The translations under genes and the position numbers were made by a program. Below are positions 41,930-51,300 of a stretch of 64,000 nt of DNA, in pieces (within the stretch, counting starts at the first letter, position 1; each line of letters starts with the position of its first letter). The notes under the pieces were generated by a model that made no database searches, had not been told where the DNA came from, and saw nothing but the letters and a program-made list of their open reading frames with translations. This DNA is from Myxococcota bacterium (GTDB lineage: Bacteria > Myxococcota_A > UBA796 > SXON01), in assembly GCA_040386535.1 (NCBI GenBank), contig JAZKFH010000002.1, forward strand, positions 187,678-251,677, in the 5' to 3' direction.

Positions 41930-43345
41930 CTATCCCTTGATGGCGATGACCTGGATGTTGGTCATCTCTTCCATCGCGAAGCGCACGCCCTCGCGCCCGA
42001 TGCCGCTCTGGCGCATGCCGCCGTAGGGCATGTGGTCGACGCGGAAGGTGGGCGTGTCGTTGATGATGACGCCGCCGAAGTCGAGCGTGCGGATGGCGGC
42101 GAGCACGCGGCCGATGTCCCGCGTGAACACGGCGGCCTGGAGCCCATAGTCGCTCGCGTTCGCCGCGGCGAGGGCCTGCTCGAAGTCGTCGTACGGCACG
42201 AACGACGCGATGGGCGCGAACACCTCCTGGTCCATCACCTTCATGCCGGGGCGCACGTTGTCGAGCAGCGTGGGCCAGTACACCGGGCCCTCGCGGCGCC
42301 CGCCGGATACGATCCGTGCGCCGTCCGCCACGGCCTCCTCCACCCAGGACTGGGCGCGATCGACCTCGCCGACGTTGATCATCGGCCCCACGTCGACGTT
42401 CTCGTCGAGCGGGTCGCCGACCACCATCGCCTCGGTCGCGAGCGCCAGCTTCTCCAGGAAGGGCTCGGCGATGCTGCGATCGCCGTAGACGCGCTGCACG
42501 GAGAGACAGACTTGGCCCGAGTTGTAGAAGGCGCCGAGCGCGCACCGCTTGGCGACGAGATCGAGATCCGCGTCGGGCGCGACGATGACCGGCGAGGCGT
42601 TGCCGAGCTCGAGCGTGACCTTCTTGATGCCCGCCCGCGCCACGATGTGGCGGCCCACGGGCGCGCTGCCGGTGAACGTGACCTTGCCGACGCGCGGGTC
42701 GGCAACGAGGCGATCCCCGACGGTGGCCCCGGAGCCCACCACGAGGTTGATGGCGCCCGGCGGGAGGCCCGCGGCGTGCAGGATCTCGCACAGGAGCACC
42801 GACGACATCGGCGTGGACGTGGCGGGCTTGAGCACCACGGTGTTGCCCGCGGCGAGGGCAGGCGCGACCTTGTGCGCGACGAGGTTGAGCGGGAAGTTGA
42901 AGGGGGCGATCGCCGCTACGACGCCGATGGGACGCCGCTGCCAGAAGCCGAAGTACCCTTCGCCCGCGGGCGCGGCGTCGAGCGGGATGGTCTCCCCGTG
43001 CAGGCGCTTGGCCTCCTCGGACGCGACCAGGAAGGTCTGGACCGCGCGGTCGACCTCGACCCGGGCGAACTTCAGCGCCTTGCCCGCCTCGGTCGCGATC
43101 GTGCGCGCGAGCTCTTCCCGCCGCGCGCGGATCCCCTCTGACGCGCGCGCGAGGATCTCCGCCCGCCGCCACGCCGGCATCCTCGCCATCTCGGGCGCCG
43201 CGCGAGCCGCAGCGCCGATCGCCGCGTCCACATCTTCCATCCGCGCGCTGGTCACCGTCGCGAACACGGTGCCGTCGTACTTGTTGCGGATCTCGATGGG
43301 CGGCCCGCCCTTCGCCCACTCTCCGCCGATGAAAAGCCCGTTCAT
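41930..43345 (-). CDS. NAD(P)-dependent aldehyde dehydrogenase
   Basis: PFNFP, LKPA, FTGS, LELG, GQVC, EVFAP, PYGGM..SG.GREG. Confidence 0.96.
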   Translation of the reverse strand: MNGLFIGGEWAKGGPPIEIRNKYDGTVFATVTSARMEDVDAAIGAAARAAPEMARMPAWRRAEILARASEGIRARREELARTIATEAGKALKFARVEVDRAVQTFLVASEEAKRLHGETIPLDAAPAGEGYFGFWQRRPIGVVAAIAPFNFPLNLVAHKVAPALAAGNTVVLKPATSTPMSSVLLCEILHAAGLPPGAINLVVGSGATVGDRLVADPRVGKVTFTGSAPVGRHIVARAGIKKVTLELGNASPVIVAPDADLDLVAKRCALGAFYNSGQVCLSVQRVYGDRSIAEPFLEKLALATEAMVVGDPLDENVDVGPMINVGEVDRAQSWVEEAVADGARIVSGGRREGPVYWPTLLDNVRPGMKVMDQEVFAPIASFVPYDDFEQALAAANASDYGLQAAVFTRDIGRVLAAIRTLDFGGVIINDTPTFRVDHMPYGGMRQSGIGREGVRFAMEEMTNIQVIAIKG

Positions 43346-43459
43346 TGCTGGTGACCCTGGGAGGAGCGCAATCTAGTCCGTAAGCGCTCCGCGGAAAGGG
43401 GGGGCACGACGATTCCGGGCCCGCGATAGGAAGGCGCCTCCGCGAGACGCCGCTCCGCC

Positions 43460-45364
43460 ATGAACCGACGCACCCTCCTCCGCCTCGGCGGGGCCTCGCT
43501 CGCCGCCGCCGGCCTCGGCACGCTCGGCCTCGGCGTCGCCATCCAGCCGCGCCGGATCTACCGGCGGCCCGCCCGCGCCGACGATGCCACGCTCCCGAGC
43601 CAGCTCCCGGACGGGGCCCCGCGGAGGGTCGCGGTGGTGGGCGGCGGGCTCGCCGGGCTGACCGCGGCGATCACGTTGGCGGAGCGCGGCTTCGCCGTGA
43701 CCCTGTTCGAGCAGGCCTCCCACCTCGGCGGCAAGGTGGGCGGGTGGACGATCCGCGCGTTGGGCGAGGACTTCCCGATCGAGCACGGCTTCCACGGCTT
43801 CTTCGCCCAGTACTACAACCTGCGCGAGCTGCTCGCCGACGCCGGCGCGCTCGGCGATCTCGTGCCTTCCACCGGCTACCCGGTGTTGTTCGCCGACCGC
43901 CCGATGGAGCGGTTCGGCACGACCACGTCGATCTTCCCGCTCAACCTGCTCTCGGTCATCACCCAGTCGGACACGCTCCGTTTCAAGGATTTTACCGAGC
44001 CGAGCGAGGGCCTGCTGGACCTGATGCGGTTCGACCCCGCGGTGACGTTCGAGGCGTTCGACGGCATCGACTTCGCCACGTTCGCGAAGGAGCGCCGGAT
44101 CCCCGCCTCCATGGTCGACACCGTGCTCCGCCCGTTCGGGGACACCACGCTCAATCGTGTCGAGCGCCTGTCCGCGGCGGAGGCCCTCCGCTTCTTCCAC
44201 TTCTACTTCATGGGCAACCCCGAAGGCCTCGCCTTCGACTACACCCGCCGCGACTCGATGACGGCCATCGTCCTGCCCCTCGCGGAGCGTCTCCGTGCCC
44301 TCGGCGGTACGATCCGCACCAGCACGCGCGTCCGGCGCATCGACGCGGAAGGCAAGAAGGTCACCGGGGTGGTGGTCGAGGCGGGCGCGGCGGCCGCGGA
44401 CACGCTCAGCCTCCCCGCCACCGACGTGCCCGCTACCGGGTGGGCCGAGGTGCGGGACGCCACCGGGGCCCCCGTTTTCGTGTCAAGAACGGAGAGCGGG
44501 CTGACCGCGCTCGACGGGCGTTGCACCCACAAGGGATGCCCGGTCGGCTTGGACACGGCGACGGGCGGCTTCCGTTGCCCCTGTCACGGTGGCACCTTCG
44601 ACAGGCGGGGCGCGGTCACGGGCGGGCCCCCTCCCCGCGCGTTGGATGTGTTGGCCGCCACCGAGGCCGACGGCGTGGTGACGGTGACACGTCCCGGCTC
44701 GCCGGAGGAGAGCGTGCCCGCCGATTGGTGTGTCGTCGCGTGCGAGGTGCGCGGCCTGAAGAAGCTGATGGCGGCCTCCCAGTACCTCGGCAGCTCCGCG
44801 CTCGCGGTGCAGGTGGCCTCCCTCGGCGAGTCCGAGCCCTACGTGGTCCTGCGCGTTTGGCTCGACCGTCCGGTGCGGGCCGAGCGGGACGCCTTCTACA
44901 CCACGTCCCGCTTCCGGTACACCGACTCGATCGCGGTCTACTCCGCGTTCCAGGAGCCGTTCGTGGCCTGGGCCCAGCGCACGGGCGGGGCGGTGATCGA
45001 GCTGCATGCCTACGCGGTCGCGGCGGAGGACATGGCGCCCATCGACCAGATCCGCGTCGCGATGATCGCGGAGATGACACGGATGTTCCCCGAGCTCGAG
45101 GGCGCCGCGGTGCTGCACCACGAGATGCAGCTGCAGGACGACTTCAGCCGCTTCGCGCCGGGGGACTGGACCATGCGCCCCGGGACCACCACGAGCATCC
45201 CCAACCTGCTATTGGCAGGGGATCACGTGAAGCTCGACGTGGTGGCCCACCTGATGGAGGCGGCCTGTGTCAGCGGGCGTGTCGCCGCGAACGTGGTCCT
45301 CTCGACGGAGGGGCTGCGCGAGGTGCCAATCCCCACGGTGGATCCGAAGGGGCCGCTGGCGTAG
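43460..45364 (+). CDS. FAD-dependent oxidoreductase of CrtU/isorenieratene-synthase type with inserted Rieske [2Fe-2S] domain and Tat-like signal
   Basis: NRRTLL leader, GGGLAG..E..GG, EHGFHGFF..Y.N, CTHKGC...CPCHG, LAGD..MEAA..SG. Confidence 0.85.
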   Translation: MNRRTLLRLGGASLAAAGLGTLGLGVAIQPRRIYRRPARADDATLPSQLPDGAPRRVAVVGGGLAGLTAAITLAERGFAVTLFEQASHLGGKVGGWTIRALGEDFPIEHGFHGFFAQYYNLRELLADAGALGDLVPSTGYPVLFADRPMERFGTTTSIFPLNLLSVITQSDTLRFKDFTEPSEGLLDLMRFDPAVTFEAFDGIDFATFAKERRIPASMVDTVLRPFGDTTLNRVERLSAAEALRFFHFYFMGNPEGLAFDYTRRDSMTAIVLPLAERLRALGGTIRTSTRVRRIDAEGKKVTGVVVEAGAAAADTLSLPATDVPATGWAEVRDATGAPVFVSRTESGLTALDGRCTHKGCPVGLDTATGGFRCPCHGGTFDRRGAVTGGPPPRALDVLAATEADGVVTVTRPGSPEESVPADWCVVACEVRGLKKLMAASQYLGSSALAVQVASLGESEPYVVLRVWLDRPVRAERDAFYTTSRFRYTDSIAVYSAFQEPFVAWAQRTGGAVIELHAYAVAAEDMAPIDQIRVAMIAEMTRMFPELEGAAVLHHEMQLQDDFSRFAPGDWTMRPGTTTSIPNLLLAGDHVKLDVVAHLMEAACVSGRVAANVVLSTEGLREVPIPTVDPKGPLA

Positions 45365-45387
45365 CGCCGCACGCCTCTCCGTTACCG

Positions 45388-46434
45388 TCACCCTTCGCCG
45401 AGGAGCCGCGCGAGGCCGGGCCACCAATCGTCCACACCCACGTCGACCGCGTCCAGCGGGGCCTCGACATAGCCGCGCGTGCGATCGGCCCGCACCGCCA
45501 GGATGCCGGCCCGAAGTGGTCCGACGGGGCTCGGCCCCTCGTAGTCCCACCAGTACGCGCCACGCCAGGGCCGGGACCCGAAGGCGGCGGCCAACGTGTC
45601 ACGCACCCCCCCGCCGGGGAACCGATCGCCTGCCCACGCTTGTGTGTAGAGCACGGCGAGCCCTCCGGGGGCCAGCAGCGTGGGGAGCAGCTCGAGCACC
45701 TCGCGTAGCAGGTTCCGGTCCTCTGCCACGGTGTGCACCGGCGCCGCCGCGAGGCCGCTCCACGGCACGAGCAACGGGAGCACGAAGCTCACCCGGTCGA
45801 ACGTGCCGAGCGTGCACGCCTCGGCCCCGGCGCCCGTGTAGGGCCGGATGTTGGGGAGGCCCGACAGCGCGGCGGTGCGGTGACACCCCAGGCCGGCGCG
45901 GGGGTTGATGTCGAGCGCGATGGTCTCCAACGCGGAGCGGGCCGCGCGCGCGGCCACCCCGCCGCCGCCGCTCCCGAGGTCGAGGTGGCGCGCGACAGGC
46001 TCGCACGGGAGGCAGCGCCGCACGGCCAACGTGGTGCTGTCGGGGAGGAACAGGCCGTCGTTGCCGGTGAAGGCGCGGGTGGGTGTGTCGGTCCAGACCA
46101 GGTCGAATTCGAGGGGTACGATGGTGCCGTCCAACGTGACACCTTCTGGCGTCTCGTCGAGGAGTCGGGCGGACCACGCCGCCTCCGGGAGGGCCGCCCG
46201 CGCGCGCTCGGAGGAGATCGCGCCACCGCGGAGGAGCAGCTCCACCTGGTCACCCAACACCCCTTCGGCGCAGTTGGCGCGCTCCCACCAGCGCCCGTCC
46301 ATCTGCTTGCCGTTCCACGCGATGATGCCGATGGCCTGGGCCACGGCGCGGGGGCGATAGGTCCCGGCGCGGAGCGCGGCGCCGAGCGCGCGGGTGTCCG
46401 CCATCCAATCCGGGGGCTCGACGGGGAGGAGCAT
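45388..46434 (-). CDS. Class I SAM-dependent methyltransferase (HemK/MTS-like)
   Basis: LDLGSGGG motif I, DINPRA motif II, LAPGG. Confidence 0.8.
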   Translation of the reverse strand: MLLPVEPPDWMADTRALGAALRAGTYRPRAVAQAIGIIAWNGKQMDGRWWERANCAEGVLGDQVELLLRGGAISSERARAALPEAAWSARLLDETPEGVTLDGTIVPLEFDLVWTDTPTRAFTGNDGLFLPDSTTLAVRRCLPCEPVARHLDLGSGGGGVAARAARSALETIALDINPRAGLGCHRTAALSGLPNIRPYTGAGAEACTLGTFDRVSFVLPLLVPWSGLAAAPVHTVAEDRNLLREVLELLPTLLAPGGLAVLYTQAWAGDRFPGGGVRDTLAAAFGSRPWRGAYWWDYEGPSPVGPLRAGILAVRADRTRGYVEAPLDAVDVGVDDWWPGLARLLGEG

Positions 46435-46443
46435 GGGGCGTCC

Positions 46444-48366
46444 TTACAGGGTGGGGGCGGCGAGGATGCGCACGCCGAGGCCGTCGATGGTGACACGGGT
46501 CCCGCGCACCTGCCCGTCGGTGTAGAGATCCTGGGCGGTCCCGGTCGTGAACACGGGCGTGGTGTCGTCCGTGGCGGGAACGTCCACGGTGGCGGCCGCC
46601 TCGCCGAAGTTGAGCAGCACCACCACGTTCTCTGCGGGGTCGGGCGCGATGCGCACGTAGCCGAGCATCGAGGGGTGGTCGCCCAGGTCCAACAGTGCCC
46701 ACTCGCGCGAACGCAGCGCGGCGAGGTCCCGCCGGAGCCGGATGAGGCGCTGGTAGACGGGCGTGAGCGCGGACGGATCCGCCCAATCGAGCACCGGCCC
46801 CTCGTCGTAGGGCTCGAACTCGGCGCCGACGTCCTGCCCGGTGTAGACCAGCGGCAGGCCCGGCACCGTGATCGTGAGCGCCGCCGCGACCGGCACCCGC
46901 GCCGCGCCGTGTCGGGTGACGAAACGCTCGCCCGTGTCGTTGTTCTCCAGGAAACGAAGCAGCAGCGCGTCGTCGTCGAAGCCCTCCCCCTCGTTGGTCA
47001 ACGCGTCCACGAGCGCGGCCACGTCGGGCTCCTCGGCGTCGAAGGCCGCCTGCCACGCCCACTCGCCGGGCTCCCACGTCCAATCGTAGGCGGCGTCGAA
47101 GCCGTGCCCGAACCAGGTTGGATCCCTCCCTGAACCCTCCGCGAGCAGCAGGAGATCGGGCTTGATCCGCTTGAGCTCCGCGCGCCACTCCGCCCAGAAG
47201 TCGGGCGCCCGCTCGGACACCCCCCATGCCACGTCGGCGCGGAACCCGTCGATGTCAAAATCGCGCACCCAGTGGGCGAACGCCTCGGTCATGTACCGGC
47301 GCACCTCGGGGTTGTCGTAGTCGAGGTTCGGAAGGTTGTCCCAGCCGAAGTAGTACGTCACCTCTCCGTCCGCGCCCCGGTCGTACCAATCGTGGTAGGG
47401 CGAGGCCGCCCCGGTCCGCTCCTGCTCCTTGTAGTAGGGGTGGCGGTCAGAGGTGTGGTTGGGGACGAAATCCATGATGACGCGCATGTCGCGCGCGTGC
47501 GCGCCGTCGATCAGCTCGCGCAGGTCGGCCTCGGTGCCGAAGGTCTCGCGCAGGGTGAACGGGTCGGTGACCGCGTAGCCGAAGTCGTCGTCCGGGCACG
47601 CGAGGATCGGGGAGAGCCACAACACCGTGACACCCAAGTCATCGAGCGCGTCGAGGCGCGCGGTGACATCGTCGAAGCCGGCCTCGCCGAAGAAGAACGG
47701 CACGACGCCGTACACCACCGCGCCGTCGACCCAGTCGGGGTGCTCGTCCGTCAGATCGACCAGCAGCGGCTCGCCGTAGGACACACGGAAGGTGGCCACG
47801 CTCGTGTCGGTGTTGCCGTTGGTGTCGGTGACCGTGAGGCGGACGTAGTACTCCCCGTCCTCCGCGGGTGTCGCGAGCGTCAGGGACTCGCCCGGCACCC
47901 CCGTCTCCGTGAGGGCCGCGCCGTCGGTGAGCGTGAGGTCCGCGGGGTTGCCATCGCGCGCGGTCCACGCGTACCGCGCGATCGAGCCCGTGCCCGCCTC
48001 GCTCGGCGCGCTGCCGCCGCCTTCGAGCAGCACGCCCTCGTCGGCGATGCGGACGCGCACACGCGCTGTCGGCCGATCGGCGAGGCGCACGTTCCAGGGT
48101 TGGGCGGCCGAGCGATGCTCCCCTCCCCCCGTGACACAAATCGCCACGACCTCGTTCGCGCCGGCGGCGAGCGGCACGTCCGCGGCGAAGCGGGCCGCGT
48201 CCCGCGTGGCGAGGATGCGCCCGCGGGAGGACTCGACCCACACCTCGTCGCAGGTCTCGCTCGTCGTGCCGGTCAGGCGGGGAGTGAAGGTGAACGCGTC
48301 CCCCCCGGGGCCGTCGAGCGAGACGTACGCCGCGGGCGCGCACGCGAGGAGCAGGAGTGCGAGCAT
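46444..48366 (-). CDS. GH13 alpha-amylase family lipoprotein with N-terminal Ig/PKD-like domains
   Basis: LLAC lipobox; WLSP, DFVPNH, DGFRADVA, LAE, FLENND, PGLPLVY. Confidence 0.92.
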   Translation of the reverse strand: MLALLLLACAPAAYVSLDGPGGDAFTFTPRLTGTTSETCDEVWVESSRGRILATRDAARFAADVPLAAGANEVVAICVTGGGEHRSAAQPWNVRLADRPTARVRVRIADEGVLLEGGGSAPSEAGTGSIARYAWTARDGNPADLTLTDGAALTETGVPGESLTLATPAEDGEYYVRLTVTDTNGNTDTSVATFRVSYGEPLLVDLTDEHPDWVDGAVVYGVVPFFFGEAGFDDVTARLDALDDLGVTVLWLSPILACPDDDFGYAVTDPFTLRETFGTEADLRELIDGAHARDMRVIMDFVPNHTSDRHPYYKEQERTGAASPYHDWYDRGADGEVTYYFGWDNLPNLDYDNPEVRRYMTEAFAHWVRDFDIDGFRADVAWGVSERAPDFWAEWRAELKRIKPDLLLLAEGSGRDPTWFGHGFDAAYDWTWEPGEWAWQAAFDAEEPDVAALVDALTNEGEGFDDDALLLRFLENNDTGERFVTRHGAARVPVAAALTITVPGLPLVYTGQDVGAEFEPYDEGPVLDWADPSALTPVYQRLIRLRRDLAALRSREWALLDLGDHPSMLGYVRIAPDPAENVVVLLNFGEAAATVDVPATDDTTPVFTTGTAQDLYTDGQVRGTRVTIDGLGVRILAAPTL

Positions 48367-48373
48367 GCCGCCA

Positions 48374-51300
48374 TCATCGCACGGCCGCGCGTGTCCCGCC
48401 GGCCGCGTGGTGCGGGGACCCGCGTCGACGCCTGCGCCGGATCCCCATCCCGAGGGCGAGCAGGAGGACGAATTTGCCTCCCCCTCCGCCCCCGGCGCTC
48501 GAGCATCCGCCCCCCTCCGCGGGGGGGGCCGGAGGCGAGCCGGCGTCTCGCTCCGTCGCGTCCGCGCCGTCGCAGTCCTGGTCGAGGGCGTCGTCCAGGA
48601 CCTCGGTGGCACCCGGGAACACGACGGCGTTGGTGTCGTCGCAGTCCGCCTCGGTCCCCGCGAGGTACCCGTGGGGGGCGGCGCACGCGTCGACCCGCGT
48701 CACCGGATCCGTGAAGCCGTCTCCATCGCGGTCCAGGTACCAACTGGAGGCGTCGGTGGCGCCCTCGTCCCTCGAGCCGTCACAGTCGTCGTCCACCGCG
48801 TTGCACAGCTCCGTCGCGTCGGGATGCACGTCTCCGACGCTGTCGTCGCAGTCGTCACACGCTGGGAAGCCGTCCGCGTCCCCATCCACCAGGCCGGTGG
48901 CGCCGTCACAGTTGTAGTCGACCGGATCGGCGCAGTCCGACTCGTCCGCGCCCGGATGGTACGCGGCGTCCGCGTCGTCGCAGTCCCCCGTGGGTGTGGC
49001 GGCGGTGGCCTCTCCACCGTCCTCGCAGTCCTCGTCCCGACTCGCGACGAGGACGTCTACGTCGGGCCGGTACCCGTCGGCGTCCGCGTCGGCCCGGCAG
49101 AGCTCGCCGCCGTCGCAGTCGCCGTCCACGCCGTCGTCCACGCCCTCGACCCCGTCCGGATTGATCGACGCGTCCTCGTCGTCACAGTCCCGGCAAGCCA
49201 CCCAACCGTCGCCGTCCGCGTCGGCATAGGCGGTGGATCCGTCGCAATTGTAATCGGTCGGGTCGGTGCAATCCCGCTCGGCCGCGCCGGGATGGAAGGC
49301 GGCATCGGCGTCGTCACAATCTCCGTCCCGCGCCCGCGAGGATGCCTCGCCCGCGCCGTCGCAGGCCACGGACGCGGAGATGACGGTGGTGGCATCGGCG
49401 CGGTAGCCGTCTCCGTCCGCGTCCACGTAGCAGAGCTCGGCGTTGTCGCAGTCGCTGTCCACGCCGTCGCCCACGAGCTCGACGCCGTCGGGGCGCACCG
49501 ACGCGTCGGCGTCGTCACACTCCAGGCACGCGGCCCACCCGTCGCCATCCGCGTCGGCGTAGAGCACCGACCCGTCACAGTCGTAGTCGTTCGGGTCGGT
49601 GCAATCGATCTCCTCCGCGCCCGGGTGGTACGCGGCGTCGGTGTCGACACAGTCCCCCGTGGGCACGGAGGCGGCGGCCTCTCCCGGATCCGCACAATCA
49701 ACGTCGCTGCTCGCCACGGTGGCGCCGCCGTCGGCGGCGTATCGGTCGCCGTCGGCGTCGGCGAAACACACCTCGCCGCCGTCACAGTCACCATCCACTT
49801 CGTCACCTACGATCTCGGCAGCGGCGGCGTTGATCGACGCATCGAGGTCGTTGCAGTCGAAGCACGCGGCCCAACCATCGCCGTCCCAATCTGTAGCGCC
49901 CGTGGTGCCGTCACAGTTGTAATCGTTGGGATCCGCACAATCCGTCTCGACCGCGCCCGGGTGGTACGCGGGGTCGGTGTCGTCACAATCGTCGTTCGTC
50001 GAGGCGTAACCGGCCACGCTCGGGCAGACCTCCGCCGTGGCTGCTCCGCCGTGTCCGTCGCCGTCGGCGTCGACGTAGCGGGTCGAGGCCGCGCCCAGGC
50101 TCGCATCGGTGTCGTCGCAGTCCTCGGTGGCGACGACGCCGTCCCCGTCGGCGTCCCCGTAGCCGAGGTACACGTAGGCGGCGCCCTCGTATCCACGGGA
50201 GGCATAGGCCCCCACGATCACGTCCCCATAGCCATCCCCGTTCACGTCCCCGGCGTCCGCCACGGCGTAGCCGAAGTTCGCGTCCCATTCGCCGACGAGG
50301 GTGGTCTCCGGGGTGGTCACGAGCCCGCTCGCCGAGCCGGCGTAGATGAACACCCGCCCGAGCGAGTCGTAGTCGAACCCGTAGGCCCCGACGATCACGT
50401 CGGCGTAGCCGTCCCCGTTCACGTCCCCCGCGCTCGACACGGCGCCCCCGAAGAACGCGCCGTCCGCCTCACCGGACAGGACCGTCGGGGTCGCCGTGAC
50501 CACCCCGCTCGCGGAGCCGGCGTACAGGTACGCCCGCCCGACCGAGTCGTCGTACTTCGGCACGCCCACCATCACTTCGTCGTAGCCGTCCCCGTTCACG
50601 TCCCCCGCGCCCGACACGGCGAACGCGAAGTAGAGGAGGGTCGACTCCCCGACCATCGTCGCCGCGGGGGTGGTCGAGATCCCGCTCGCCGTGCCCGAGA
50701 ACACGTACGCGGCCCCCACCGACCCTTCGTACCTGTACGCGCCCACGATCACGTCGTCGTAGCCGTCTCCGTTCACGTCCCCCGCGCCCGACACGGCCGA
50801 CCCGAACAGGTCGTAGATCGCCCCGGTGGCGAGCGTGCCGGCGGCGGTCGGGGTGATCCCGCTCGCCGATCCGGCGTACACCGACACCTGGCCGATGTCG
50901 CCGTACGCGTACCCGGGCGCGCCCGCGACGATGTCGGCGTAGCCATCCCCGTTCAGGTCCCCCGCGTCGGAGACGGAGTACCCGAAGGCCTTGACGCCCG
51001 GGGCCCGGGTCAGCGTGGTGGGGCTGGACAACCCGGTCGCGGAGCCGGGGTACAGGTATACGCGGCCCGCCATCGACTCGTACCCGTACGCACCCACGAT
51101 CACGTCGTCGTAGCCGTCTCCGTTCACGTCTCCCGCGCCCGACAACGAACGGGCGAAGTAGTTGGTGGTCCCCTCCCCGGTCAACGTGGTGGCCGCGGTG
51201 GTCGCCACGCCGGTGGCCGAGCCGGGGAACAGGTAGGCGCGGCCGGTCGAACCGCTGTACCCCCATGCACCCACGATCACGTCGTCGTAGCCGTCATTGT

